Shown piece by piece: positions 41,301 through 49,982 of a stretch of DNA of 64,000 nt. The DNA is from a virus (lineage: Duplodnaviria > Caudoviricetes), in IMG/VR virus record IMGVR_UViG_3300021400_000045, positions 52,013 through 116,012 of that record; one strand, 5' to 3'. Within the stretch, counting starts at the first letter, position 1. The number at the start of each line of letters is the position of its first letter. The notes beneath the pieces are model-generated. The model was not told the DNA's origin and searched no databases. It was given only the letters and a program-made list of their open reading frames with translations. The position numbers were made by a program, and so were the translations under genes.

Positions 41301-42613
41301 TCATAATTGTCGGTCATCTCCACCTGCATCGAAAGCGATTTGTTATGCGACTTGCCGACATTCACGCTCCTGTATTCCTTGTCGTCGATAAAGCAGCGCA
41401 CCGTCTTGTTGAGGTCGTAGCCGATACAGGTGTACTGAAGGCCGAAGTTGCCCGTGTACGTAGCCGTCTGGTCAAAATTGCAGACGATTGAAATGGGCAC
41501 GGTGGTGATGCTGAATGACAGCGCGTCAGCGGACGCCTTGTCGTCCTCTCTGCCGTTCGAGCACACGATGCGGATATTGGTCGTCAGCGATCTGTCCGCC
41601 GATACGGCCAGCATATCCGTTACGTCGATCGTCTGCATCACACTGCTGGGGATCTGCACGTTCGTCATACCGATCACGTTGTTCCAGCTCGTGTCTGTGG
41701 ACAGCTTGTACTGCACGGTCATAAAGCCGTTCATGGTCTGTAGTGTATTGCCGAAGTACTCTGTATAGGTAAACTTGAGCAGCGTTCTCTGCTCCTTGGA
41801 AGACGCTACCGAGAACACGGACGACGTCATGTGGTTCTCCAGTCGCACGTTATACGTCGCCTGACCCGTGCCGCCCTCGATCAGGAAGGGGCCGTCATAC
41901 AGTTCGTTGCCGGTCGCGTCCTTGAAGTGCAGGTAATGGTTGGCGTCATACGACACATTGTGTATCGTCTCCGGCACCTCAAACGGCTCAAACCCTTCCA
42001 CGTCCGTGCCTTCCATTGTCAGGTGCAGCTTACGGTCGGCGTCCACATAACCGCCGTCGAACCCGACGCCGCTGGAGAAGTCCACGCCAGTACCGATGAT
42101 GGCGTCGTCATGCTTCAGGTAGATCTTCCCGTCGATCACGGTCAGGTCGTCCACCTGATTCCCCTCCACGGTTTGCACGCGCCGCGTCAGCCCCGGTATC
42201 GTCGTCTCATTGATGGTCTGCACCGTCCCGCTCAGCGTGTCCACAGTGGTCTTGTCCGCTTTGTCCGCAAGGCTTTCCTGGATCGCGGGGATCGTCGTAT
42301 CCTTGATCGCGTCCACGTCGTTCCGCAGGTTCACGATGGTCTCAGATGTCGCCATCTCCCCGACCGCCGTTTCCAGGTCTTCCACCTTCTGGTTGATCGC
42401 GGGGATCGTCGTATCCTTGATCGTGCCCACATCGGTCTCAAGACCCGTCACCTTCGTGGTCAGGCCGGGGAGGGTCGTGTTCTGTATCGTGTCCGTCTGC
42501 CCCTGTAGGCCTTCGATCGCTTCAGCGTTCGCCTCGATGCCGTCCTCCATGTTGTTCAGGTCGGGCGCTTCAATGATTTGTCCGGTCTCCCATACCTTTT
42601 TTGTATATGCCAA
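35324..42613 (-). CDS. Giant tail fibre/adhesin (2429 aa): coiled-coil N-terminus, LamG-like, CotH-like kinase, LRR-like, Listeria-Bacteroides-type repeats and DUF6273-like C-terminus
   Basis: KVQGTSS..RKNFK, KMDY, DNRAKN, YDLDSCFG; Y.WSGWD and FTGWDK repeats; W.NSPIR.FLN...LP..W..DKIYIPS. Confidence 0.7.
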   Translation of the reverse strand: MAYTKKVWETGQIIEAPDLNNMEDGIEANAEAIEGLQGQTDTIQNTTLPGLTTKVTGLETDVGTIKDTTIPAINQKVEDLETAVGEMATSETIVNLRNDVDAIKDTTIPAIQESLADKADKTTVDTLSGTVQTINETTIPGLTRRVQTVEGNQVDDLTVIDGKIYLKHDDAIIGTGVDFSSGVGFDGGYVDADRKLHLTMEGTDVEGFEPFEVPETIHNVSYDANHYLHFKDATGNELYDGPFLIEGGTGQATYNVRLENHMTSSVFSVASSKEQRTLLKFTYTEYFGNTLQTMNGFMTVQYKLSTDTSWNNVIGMTNVQIPSSVMQTIDVTDMLAVSADRSLTTNIRIVCSNGREDDKASADALSFSITTVPISIVCNFDQTATYTGNFGLQYTCIGYDLNKTVRCFIDDKEYRSVNVGKSHNKSLSMQVEMTDNYEYGAHNLKLWFELDDGAKSNILEFIVLYNNGDSTATIIGATLSDYTIENGEQVQLNYVCFTPGQEKTDELNIRVYDDDGTEYFTANEIDVPNNVMQTPKISNYPDKGKAYIEISSGSTVTVLEFEVTDVTSDYDLTSITTGLVYSYKPIGYTNNSTGKEQYVYKFEDAVGNECNVYTRMTGFNWVTDGYLGGDALTLTGSARMNIDLPILSTWYENADGDDVMLDSQQGAKVVTKGRTMEFEFELSDVTNQNTPVFTCMNEDGVGFVITPQVCYLLADGQQAVMDSTGFIENEDAIPCAYIKDEKRIRVSFVIEPWAKTASNDFISHANIYINGEYANSFLYDEKDKYDSNAIITIGSKDCVTKLYDVRLYNIGLDRTQVLQNHKNSSVDIRERIAENEYNDVLDNSKSISYVKARLKYPCLLFIGRLSNTKADTQYVGVVLTKPDGHGGYKTEFSLLDRDDTKFIPSIKVQGTSSQKFMRKNFKVKLEKNKYEVDEQGNPVLDEDGHKIITGTEKVKYALKGKDSSGNNLSVPESTLCFKMDYMSTDHANTFNANIADTLFEDRAETFAGMKNANILQNTIWGFRCLLFNMSEGDFLEGFNREEFDQEKYAQFLENLDFNNYADGVIAFAGDGCLNNDKSNSKSFGLETEGDSGANTKEQKWEFKDNSKPLCTFTTDRMMTKISSTDTATGITTWRRSVRDALESCYPDEGDLDKAGIEPKYDYVQALFTWVYQRANFWDASAETTGTYTYNGQSYTNERDYKKAIFTNEFTRHFNMEHALVYYLFIEWVALADNRAKNMFLSCKDTTVEHLVFTDSNVHSIWDIVDDETGAVDASKIDWENSTFCIWYTDLYDLDSCFGVENSGYLNIPYYADWTYYLGGRYQFNGHDSRLWCMFEEAMGTEIKERAQRLANPSEGTGTLNHTVLTQTHITENANLVCPTIVNEDMVYKYEAPWTEGYIDYSKDTSEVVGDPTQDSRWTKTHEYQYLLRGSRTEQKESFIYRRSMMLYSKYQTPQFTYDQITFRCGAPLAREDTKIDLKAIQSMYMGIKYGDSNTPVMSTKKAAGETAELFAPDVKIEGSNVYVMKVSDTVYIMGATNLTDISSLAAFKPYEIQLQNAKKLKTLLIGSNAYGYSNDSLKGLDTSACSLLDTLNIRGCNGILNAINLRNNKLIRVVLASGSSAPAIYFANGGILETLELGAPTSIELRNQKYLTDFSYDSLNNLNYLYIENTPNTGMLDIVSERLSSLTRGLRLVNIDEVYDEDNYDIFKLLTSSVAQGKQLNAEGDLVTGRGADKLWPVITGTIRCNAIGQRVYELMQTYYPDLQIKPISQSQEEVTIIPEYEVSFWNMDGNPILDKSGAAYIQYVEAGQTILDPVYDTGEIDPPELKEDEKYTYTWSGWDNISGKVTGPRRVVATYDTEVRTYTVRWYAQPGRLLKTVENVEYGAELTYSDDPYDFPTMTTLENNGIYYVFTGWDKSTGHINGNTDVYAKWDTASLPPAKGSDGYVDLKDMTIAQIYAVARERVANNYWENRDYIDIVAGADFDFDTSGEPQPGNVRSEVLMNEEFFDGTRAVDTGIRLFGEDAPTFTLAIDYEFISNEVDSTLVSCISGNAIEGFRLRYNQNPNIQWGDRNNVVGSGYQRGIIVIRHEKGSQLMQIMTNGTTGGSYNKEITNLVMYRTTFTPSDVHLAFGGVPFAGNTWDYYAKGWIHWCKIWYDDLGNTVCERIANWPHETWRMEFCGAERYRLTGGTAQKCAASFVANSLSYLSYAFGNRELGWGNSPIRNFLNDRCFAALPTEWQVIIRAVMIPAIVGETNSSTIEYSEDKIYIPSYSEYYSTSTAAYLSEGSLYGRFNSVANRVTAPAIIIPSNRTFYDYNSNANYANDPTVVTSTGTVKDGDVWRPRNYSLYYYLSAETVAKLGYVSGRSVTSSEHLKAQGQQGGLWVYGYDYVATRTKPTGYSYSYWYRINPQGSGSFSSNPSSRFYICFSI

Positions 42614-42626
42614 GTTGTCTCATCTC

Positions 42627-43226
42627 CTATCCTACAGAATGCGTTCCCACGATGGCCGATCCGACGTAGGCGACCGTGATGACCACGATTCCATAATGGT
42701 CTTCCCAAATCATGTCGCGGGAAAACTGTATGTAGTTCCTGCCGCCGATCTTCAGATAATTGACGGCCTCCCACGCACTGTCACAATACGGCTCCGTATA
42801 GCTCGGTTCGCCCTTCGTATACGTGATCTTCGTGCGCGTCCAGATATATTTGTTCATCTCCCAGGCCGGTGCTTCGCTCAGCCACTCGCCGCCGACCTGT
42901 TCACTGTTGCTCTCTGATAAATAGTACTGTGCCTCCACGCTCGCAACGCCGTTGCCGTCGTCGCCGTGGTTGCCTGTGATGCATGCGGGTTGGCTCTCCA
43001 CCGGGGCCACGTCCTCGTCGTCATACACCACCACTGTCTTTGTCCATATGTAGATGCCGGGAGACCAGGCCGGAGCTTCCTCGCTCCAGCCCGTCTCTCC
43101 CGCGTCGATCAGCTCCTGATTGCTGGTCGATGCAAAATATAATACCTTCGTGAACAATACGCCAATACCATCGTTCACGTCAGTGATCGTTATATGCCCC
43201 GTGGCAATGATCGCCATATCGTTCAC
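42627..43226 (-). CDS. Tail fibre-related protein
   Basis: ITITDVNDG, two W...P.W..G/K.YIWT repeats and LKIGGRN. Confidence 0.6.
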   Translation of the reverse strand: MNDMAIIATGHITITDVNDGIGVLFTKVLYFASTSNQELIDAGETGWSEEAPAWSPGIYIWTKTVVVYDDEDVAPVESQPACITGNHGDDGNGVASVEAQYYLSESNSEQVGGEWLSEAPAWEMNKYIWTRTKITYTKGEPSYTEPYCDSAWEAVNYLKIGGRNYIQFSRDMIWEDHYGIVVITVAYVGSAIVGTHSVG

Positions 43227-43239
43227 CGCTTCCTGTTAG

Positions 43240-43653
43240 TTATTCTGTGACTTCTTTCCAACCGGCGGGGTAGGCCGTCGGGCTCCAGATATTGTTATCG
43301 ATCACACTTTCGTAGACCTTCCCCTCAAACATCACCTTATCACCCTTCATGTACGGGTTAGTGCTGTCCGGCTGTACCCATTCAGGTATGACCTCCGGGT
43401 CGGGTATCAGTACCTTCGCAAACAAACTGTAGCTTACGTCCGGCGTCCAATCCGTCTGGCTCGTATGTCCGATCAGTACTTTGTACAGTACACCTTCGTA
43501 CTGAACCCTCTGCCCCACGGCATATTCGGTGTCAGGTTTCCACGGTTCGTACAGGTACGGTACTTGCATGGCTTGTTCGTCGCCGAGCTCTTCCATCATT
43601 TTCTTGAAGATCTCGTGGTACCTGATTGCTTCGGCCTTCGTGATATTAAACAT
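43240..43653 (-). CDS. Carbohydrate-binding (CBM5/12-like) tail-associated protein
   Basis: W.PDTEYAVGQRVQY.G.LYK and YMKGDKV...WSP.AYP.GW. Confidence 0.7.
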   Translation of the reverse strand: MFNITKAEAIRYHEIFKKMMEELGDEQAMQVPYLYEPWKPDTEYAVGQRVQYEGVLYKVLIGHTSQTDWTPDVSYSLFAKVLIPDPEVIPEWVQPDSTNPYMKGDKVMFEGKVYESVIDNNIWSPTAYPAGWKEVTE

Positions 43654-43850
43654 TACGCCTCGCCTCCGATCAGGATATCGACGAACTCAGCCGCAGTCAG
43701 TCCGCGTTCTGCGTCTTCTATATATGCTTCGCCGGTGATTTGTTCGTACTGTTCAGCCGTAATTTGGCTGTGTTCTACGGCATGGCCTACGGCCTTTTTG
43801 CCCCAGAGGTGATTATCGTAATAGTTTTTAATCTGTTCAAACCTCTCCAT
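43653..43850 (-). CDS. XkdX-family protein
   Basis: F..IK.YYD..LW....V..AV....ITAEQY..ITG..Y. Confidence 0.8.
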   Translation of the reverse strand: MERFEQIKNYYDNHLWGKKAVGHAVEHSQITAEQYEQITGEAYIEDAERGLTAAEFVDILIGGEA

Positions 43851-43998
43851 CGGGTTCCACCTCTTCTTCTGACGGGTCTAACCAGATGCCCATCATTTCG
43901 TTATAATCTTTTTGCGCTTCAAGCTTGACCGCTTCAGCCGCCTGGTTCTCGGCCTGCGTGCGTTCAAGCAGAGTGCCTGATAATTGTATGATTTTCAT
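43837..43998 (-). CDS. Small protein, 53 aa (MKIIQLSGTLLER...), absent from the ORF track
   Basis: GGAGG ribosome-binding site; fills the gap between the adhesin gene and the XkdX gene. Confidence 0.6.
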   Translation of the reverse strand: MKIIQLSGTLLERTQAENQAAEAVKLEAQKDYNEMMGIWLDPSEEEVEPDGEV

Positions 43999-44010
43999 AT
44001 TATACCTCCG

Positions 44011-46404
44011 TTATTTGACGAGGCTGATTTTGCAGACGGGGCAGCAGCGAAATAAAGCGTACGAGCTGACATTGTTGATGCCGCCACTAACTGTCACATC
44101 GCGCACGGCGTCACTGTTACGGTACAGCGAACGCAACAAAATGGCAGCGGATGAAGTTTGTGCATCGTATTTATACTTGATCCTGATGTTGTTCGTTTCA
44201 CCGGTGGTCGACGACATATATCCAATCAGCCCCGCATTTTCTGCCTGCTGCTTGTAATACAGCCACGGTTCACCTTCGATGCCGTAAACGTCTGACACTG
44301 TATACAGTTCTTCCAAACTCGCCAAATAGATCTTGTCATATGTCGTTTCATACGTATCCGTGAATCCCGACACTGTGTCCAGTAATGTTTTGTTTTCACT
44401 GACAGCGATCGCATTTTTGAAATCAGTACTGCATCCATATAAAAATCCAGGATAGTTCACATAGGATGGAGGTCTGTCCCAAGGGTTCGCAGGTCGCCAC
44501 CACTCACCCGCCGCTCCGTCAGAATTCAGCCATTGTCGCAGTGCAGATTGGCTCCAGCGGTGATTGCCATAAAATACCCAGTAAATACCGTTGACTTGTC
44601 CGTTTGATTTATATTTGGTGTTATTTGAGCTTCCAGCGCCAGTACTGCCAAGTTCGATTCCATCCGTTCCATTGCTGGTTGTAGCGGTCTGCTTGGCAAC
44701 CGTACTGCCATAACCGTATACGGTAATCGTTTTACTGGCGGTCGGATTCGTGCTTGCACTGGTCACGTTAATACACAGCTGATCACCTGGGTCACACGCT
44801 TGTTCCAGTGTAAACTGTATATGTCTTGCCGTCGTCCATTGGCTGTTTGAATAACCAATACTGATATAATATGTCCCAGCAGCAAGGCCATCCTCTCCGA
44901 CATAGTATAGCGCCTCTCGCTCATCGAACGGTGTATCGAACGGCAATGTATAATGCCATTGTAGCACCATATTCTTGTCATCGTAATGCACAATGTCCCA
45001 CGGCACTTGAATTGCGTTTCCGTTGTCGCTCCGGTTCCAGCTATCCACGATTTGTGTGCCCACTTCTAGGCTGCTGTCGGTGCCCAAAGTCGCCATTTTC
45101 TTGATGGCCGTCCAATCGAGATTGGACGGGATTAAATAGGATGGTGTGGATTTTTTGATGATACAGGCGGGGCAGCACTGATAGTTGTTTTTCGCGTTGG
45201 TGGCGTTTGTAATGGTGCCGCTGGCGAGAATATAACGCACGCCATCATTAGAAATAACTGGCGAACGTAACCACACTGCCTTAGATTCCGAAGTTTTATT
45301 AATTCCATATTTTTTTAGAAGACTTTGAGCCGCTGTATCATTTATCATCATACCATGTATCCCGGTATCCTCAGCCTTTTGCTTCCAATAGTCCCAATAT
45401 TCGCCTTCTCCGTCGAATAAATTTGTACCGGCAGAGGAGTATAGTTGCCACGCAGTCGATATAAATATTTTATCGTAAGTTGTTTCTGTTGTTTCACTAA
45501 AGCCTGATACCGTATTCAATGCAGTTACAATTTCTACCGGTTCCAACATCGCCTTGAATTCTTCGCTGCAACCATATAGAAACCCAGGTCTGTTCGCCGC
45601 GTAATCGGGTGGTCGATCCCACGGGTTCAGCGGTTGCCACCATTCCCCAGCTGACTTGTCTGAGTTCAGCCATTGCCTAAGTGCGCTTTGGCTCCAACGA
45701 TTACTACCATAGAAAATAGTATAAACACCATTACAGTTTCCATTTTTTTGATATCGAAAGCCGTTTTCTGTACCGTCAGCCCCAAATGTGCCAAGTTCTA
45801 TGCCTTCTGTCCCATTACTGGTTTTCGCTGTTTGCTTCACAATTGTACTGCCTTTGCCATATACTGTGATTGTTTTATTATCGTGAGGGTATTCACCCAT
45901 TGCTGTAGTTCCAAGTACGAATTGATCTCCTGGATCGCAACTTTGAGACAATGTAAATTGTATATGATTTGTTTTATTCCAACCACTTTCTGTATATCCG
46001 ATGCTGAAATAATACGTTCCTGCTTCCAATCCATCAGATCCTACATAGTACATTGCCTCTGGTGCGTCAAACTCCATTGTTTCTGGCGTCGCATACTCCC
46101 ACTGCAAATACATCCCATTACTATTATAATGTACTACATTCCACGGCGCATCATATGTCGTCCCTTGCCATGTCCACTTGTCCGTGATTTGTGTGCCAAT
46201 TGGCAAGAAGCTTGGGTCAACTCCCATATTTACCGCCTGCTTGATATCGTACCATCCGAGGTTTACGACCCCGCCGGTCTTCATATTTTCTACGGCTTCC
46301 TGCATCTTCGCGATCGTCATTGGGGTGGCCTCCCCGCTCTTTGAACCGATTGCGTTCGCTAGGTCATCGAGTTTTGATTTTGTAATCATTACTTTATCCG
46401 CCAA
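44011..46404 (-). CDS. Adhesin/receptor-binding protein with two tandem DUF6273-like (C-type-lectin-fold) domains
   Basis: Duplicated FDA/E.EA.YY, RWSQSALRQWLNSD..AGEWW.P.NPWDRPP, TYDKI and LRS...CCP.C motifs; lower GC than its neighbours. Confidence 0.7.
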   Translation of the reverse strand: MADKVMITKSKLDDLANAIGSKSGEATPMTIAKMQEAVENMKTGGVVNLGWYDIKQAVNMGVDPSFLPIGTQITDKWTWQGTTYDAPWNVVHYNSNGMYLQWEYATPETMEFDAPEAMYYVGSDGLEAGTYYFSIGYTESGWNKTNHIQFTLSQSCDPGDQFVLGTTAMGEYPHDNKTITVYGKGSTIVKQTAKTSNGTEGIELGTFGADGTENGFRYQKNGNCNGVYTIFYGSNRWSQSALRQWLNSDKSAGEWWQPLNPWDRPPDYAANRPGFLYGCSEEFKAMLEPVEIVTALNTVSGFSETTETTYDKIFISTAWQLYSSAGTNLFDGEGEYWDYWKQKAEDTGIHGMMINDTAAQSLLKKYGINKTSESKAVWLRSPVISNDGVRYILASGTITNATNAKNNYQCCPACIIKKSTPSYLIPSNLDWTAIKKMATLGTDSSLEVGTQIVDSWNRSDNGNAIQVPWDIVHYDDKNMVLQWHYTLPFDTPFDEREALYYVGEDGLAAGTYYISIGYSNSQWTTARHIQFTLEQACDPGDQLCINVTSASTNPTASKTITVYGYGSTVAKQTATTSNGTDGIELGSTGAGSSNNTKYKSNGQVNGIYWVFYGNHRWSQSALRQWLNSDGAAGEWWRPANPWDRPPSYVNYPGFLYGCSTDFKNAIAVSENKTLLDTVSGFTDTYETTYDKIYLASLEELYTVSDVYGIEGEPWLYYKQQAENAGLIGYMSSTTGETNNIRIKYKYDAQTSSAAILLRSLYRNSDAVRDVTVSGGINNVSSYALFRCCPVCKISLVK

Positions 46405-46419
46405 ATAGGGTCACCTCCT

Positions 46420-46761
46420 TTATCTGTCGTAATAACCAATGATTTTTTCATCTGGTGCGCTTTGAGTTGAGATTAGCATATAACTTCCAAATAAAAACGT
46501 ATAAGTACCATTATTGTTGGAACTATAACTTACCTGTAAAAGCTCAAAATAATTATCACTTTTAAGAATCACTTTTATCCCATTCCTGAATGCGTTGATA
46601 ATATCATTGACTGTTATATTGAGATACAACTCGCTAAGTTCTGGATCTATACCCAAAATCAGTATGCCGTTATTTACTTCTTCTATCCCAGACTCCAGTG
46701 CATTCATTTTTTCTGCTGTTAAAGTTTCTCCGTCTGTCCATTCATGTGCGATATATGCCAT
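46420..46761 (-). CDS. Small AT-rich paralog 1
   Basis: N-terminal W.DGETLTAEKMN..E.GI motif. Confidence 0.7.
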   Translation of the reverse strand: MAYIAHEWTDGETLTAEKMNALESGIEEVNNGILILGIDPELSELYLNITVNDIINAFRNGIKVILKSDNYFELLQVSYSSNNNGTYTFLFGSYMLISTQSAPDEKIIGYYDR

Positions 46762-47090
46762 TATTTTTCACTTCCCAAATAAGGATACCCTGAACTGTTT
46801 ACAGAAAACAATTCAAAACCAGCCATCATGCCGTCGTATGTAACTACCGACACCTTGTCTAACCACATTTGCCCAATGTACGGTGTCATATCTATAATGA
46901 TATTTTTCCCTTGCAAGAAAGCATCTTGTATATCTGAGAACGTTGTATTCAATGTAAATACGCCACTGTTCATAGTCCCAGTAATTAACATATTACGACT
47001 GTCGCAACTAGCAATTCCGTTTTCAATCCTGTTTAATTTTGCAGAAGTGACATCGTCACCATTGCACCACCTTTGATATTGATAGCTCAT
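46761..47090 (-). CDS. Small AT-rich paralog 2
   Basis: MSYQYQRWCNGDDVTSAKLNRIENGI; the start is probably 47090. Confidence 0.7.
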   Translation of the reverse strand: MSYQYQRWCNGDDVTSAKLNRIENGIASCDSRNMLITGTMNSGVFTLNTTFSDIQDAFLQGKNIIIDMTPYIGQMWLDKVSVVTYDGMMAGFELFSVNSSGYPYLGSEK

Positions 47091-47104
47091 ATAAATCATT
47101 CCTT

Positions 47105-47506
47105 TTACGTATCTGGATAAGGTGCCCACGATATCCAACCATTAATGACAGTAAAAAATCCACTAACAGAATAAGGAACTCTCGAATAAAACAACGGGTT
47201 AGATTCTGTTCCAATTTCTTGCATAACAGCAACAAACAACTGATCATTATTATCCTCTGTAAAATCAACTAATATTGTTTTGCCTTGCAAATAAGCATTC
47301 AATATATCGATATATTTTTTGTCTGCAACATAATTTCTGAATGTGACAACAAAAGGTTCTTGATTTTCATATATACTGCAAATACCTAATTCTATTTTAT
47401 TCAGCCTGTCTGCTGTTACTTTGTCGCCATCAACCCAATTAGTTGCATGATACCTTGTGTCAACATTTATTTCGGTTGTTATCATCTGCTGTAATTGTCC
47501 CATCAC
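47105..47506 (-). CDS. Small AT-rich paralog 3
   Basis: YHATNWVDGDKVTADRLNKIELGI. Confidence 0.7.
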   Translation of the reverse strand: MMGQLQQMITTEINVDTRYHATNWVDGDKVTADRLNKIELGICSIYENQEPFVVTFRNYVADKKYIDILNAYLQGKTILVDFTEDNNDQLFVAVMQEIGTESNPLFYSRVPYSVSGFFTVINGWISWAPYPDT

Positions 47507-47509
47507 TCA

Positions 47510-48595
47510 TCACCCCTTTACCTGCATACTGCCCACGGTACCGACGTTTACCTTTGAACTTGTCGAAGCCGCGCCAGCCGCCGCGCCGTAGCTTAAACTG
47601 TCTCCGTCGGGCACAGCCGCCACCTTTACCGCACCGGTCGTGAACCGCCCCGCCGCTACAGCGGTCTGTTCGGTCGAACCCGGCGTGATCGTCATCGCGG
47701 CCTGCGTCGTCAGCTGATAAGTATTGCTGCCGCTCACAGACACCGTGCCTGCGGTACCCGCGCTTACATATCCTGCCGTCACTGTCGGCGTCACAGACTT
47801 GCTACCCGACGCCGTCGCCGTCACGACGCCTGTCGAAGTATTGACTGAGATACCAGGCGTTACTGTGATTGTCGTCGCCGGTGTCTTCGCCGAACCACTG
47901 GCTACGGATACGGCATAGCCCTTATCGTAATAGCCCTGGGCCACAGTAACGTTTGCGCCGCTGACCGTGATATCAGAACTGTCGTTTCTCGCAACGCCGC
48001 TACCGACATATGTACTGCTGATCGCGGCTACCTTTACCGCGCCGGTCGTGTACTTGCCAGCCGCTACCGCTGTCTGCTCCGCCTCTGTGGGCGTTACGGT
48101 TTTCGCCGCCTGCACGGTCAGTTGTTTCGTACCGCTCTGTTCTCCGGCATCTACATAGCCCGCGTTCTGCGTGACCGTCGCCGTTACAAGGCCGGTCGAC
48201 GTATTCAGGGATACGCTCGGCGTCGCCAATGCGATCGTCGGCACAGTAGCCGTCGCGTCGCTGGCGTAGTAACCGGCAGGCGCTGTCACATTGTTGTCAG
48301 ACACCGTCAGGTTGGCCGAGCTCTTTCTCGGCACACTGCTGCCGACATACGTCTTGCTGATGGCTCCGACCGTCACTTGGGACAGGCCGTCGTTCCCGCT
48401 GTCGGGTTTGATTACCTGCTGACTTTCAGTGGGCGTCGCCGTCTTCGCCTGTGTTATAAAGGTCAGGGCACCCTCTACCGGTTCGCCATCAGCGCCGGTG
48501 GCGGTATACCCGTCCAATAGGTTGCTGGACGCGACTGTATCCTGCGTCACATCCATCAGCACTTCATTGTTCAGTGTTACTTTGCTGATTGCCAA
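47510..48595 (-). CDS. Thr/Ser-rich repetitive fibre protein
   Basis: TP.E..QTAVAAG.YTTG.VKV.AI repeats and PAGYY. Confidence 0.7.
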   Translation of the reverse strand: MAISKVTLNNEVLMDVTQDTVASSNLLDGYTATGADGEPVEGALTFITQAKTATPTESQQVIKPDSGNDGLSQVTVGAISKTYVGSSVPRKSSANLTVSDNNVTAPAGYYASDATATVPTIALATPSVSLNTSTGLVTATVTQNAGYVDAGEQSGTKQLTVQAAKTVTPTEAEQTAVAAGKYTTGAVKVAAISSTYVGSGVARNDSSDITVSGANVTVAQGYYDKGYAVSVASGSAKTPATTITVTPGISVNTSTGVVTATASGSKSVTPTVTAGYVSAGTAGTVSVSGSNTYQLTTQAAMTITPGSTEQTAVAAGRFTTGAVKVAAVPDGDSLSYGAAAGAASTSSKVNVGTVGSMQVKG

Positions 48596-48609
48596 TGTCA
48601 GCCGCCTCC

Positions 48610-49971
48610 TTATCCTCTAATATAGTTGATGCTTGAATCAAAAACGCTCGTCAGGTCAGATTGCTGCACCCACAAGCCGTTGATTTTCTTATATACTTTC
48701 ACGACCTCTACCTCTACCCATGCGCCGTTCACCTTCTGGTACATCTTCGGCTGGGCCGCTGTGCCGCCGATGATAACGGCGACCGTAGCGTCCTGCCCGA
48801 CCGTGAACGTGTAAGTATAGTGGTCGACCGTGCTGCCACCCGTCGTACTGTATTCCACAGTCAATGTGATACCCAATACCAGACCGCCGTAATATCCGAC
48901 AAAGTGCCGCAGCGTCACGTCATCCAGCTCAGACCTGGTCGGCAATTCGTTCGCTGTCACGGTGATCATACTGCTGCTGGTGCTGGGGAAATCCACTTCA
49001 TCACTGATCGCGTAGCTGCCGCTGTACAAGGCGCACTTCGATACGTAGGACGAGCTGATCGTGCTGCTTTCACGGTGTCCGTAGCACTGGGCCGATAACC
49101 CTATGATCTCTACGCCGCTGGGGATGTCGCTGAAATCGAACGTATATTCGGCATAGCCGGTACTGCCCGAACTCGCGTACATGTTGCTGGTGGATGAATA
49201 CGGGTTGTCCGCACTGCGGCCTACCGCATACTGCGCATAGCTCGAACCGCTCTGAATACTGTGCGTCGATACGTCGTTCGCCGTAAAGTTCGCGCTGGTC
49301 TCCGCGCCATGCGCTACCAGCTGGCTCGATACATCGGTACCGTTGTTGCGCACCGTCACAGTCTCGCTCTTGTTCGTCGGCGTGATCGTGATCGTGAATT
49401 CATCACCCTCAAACGTCGTCGTCGCGCCCGAATGGTCGATCGTGCCGTTGCCGCTCAACGTCGTCGTTACCGTTCTGCTCGGCGCGGTCGTGTACTCGAT
49501 GATAACTTCAGCGCCATAGAAATAAAAATAAGCCGAACGGTTCGTGTTGCTCGTACCTCTGATCGCTGTTACCATGAGGCGCAGATCTCTGATGTTGTCC
49601 GATGTCCAGGTGCCGATATTATCAAGTGTATATACGGTTGCAGTAGTTGTTCTGAAGCTTTCAGTACTGCCCATCGCTGTATTGCCATCATACACCTGAT
49701 AGTATGCGCTGGCGATGTAGTTAGTCGAACTGACGCGGCCTTTCGCTTTCACCGTCACGTTGGTGATGACAGCGTTCTCCGGCAAATCAGAATAATCGAA
49801 CGTATAGGTGATATAGCTTTCAGCGCGGGAACCTGTATTGATCTGAATGTAACTGTAGTTGCCGCTGCTTGTGTCTGTATAACTGTTGGAGATCGGGTAG
49901 CTCGATGATATGCTGTAGTAATCGGAGTTCGCGCTATCGTAGCTGTGCGGTACCAATGTCAATGTTGCCAT
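48610..49971 (-). CDS. Ser/Thr/Tyr-rich beta-sandwich virion protein
   Basis: Two FD.SD(L/I)P-containing domains and a C-terminal K.NG.W repeat. Confidence 0.65.
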   Translation of the reverse strand: MATLTLVPHSYDSANSDYYSISSSYPISNSYTDTSSGNYSYIQINTGSRAESYITYTFDYSDLPENAVITNVTVKAKGRVSSTNYIASAYYQVYDGNTAMGSTESFRTTTATVYTLDNIGTWTSDNIRDLRLMVTAIRGTSNTNRSAYFYFYGAEVIIEYTTAPSRTVTTTLSGNGTIDHSGATTTFEGDEFTITITPTNKSETVTVRNNGTDVSSQLVAHGAETSANFTANDVSTHSIQSGSSYAQYAVGRSADNPYSSTSNMYASSGSTGYAEYTFDFSDIPSGVEIIGLSAQCYGHRESSTISSSYVSKCALYSGSYAISDEVDFPSTSSSMITVTANELPTRSELDDVTLRHFVGYYGGLVLGITLTVEYSTTGGSTVDHYTYTFTVGQDATVAVIIGGTAAQPKMYQKVNGAWVEVEVVKVYKKINGLWVQQSDLTSVFDSSINYIRG

Positions 49972-49982
49972 ATCATCTCACC

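Noticed and set aside
42281-42423. 29-bp exact direct repeat as a recombination or CRISPR element
   Set aside because: Two in-frame copies encoding the coiled-coil repeat IKDTTIPAI; no spacer array.
44011-45290. DGR template/variable repeat pair within the adhesin gene
   Set aside because: The two domain ends differ at many non-adenine positions and both are coding. No reverse transcriptase was seen.
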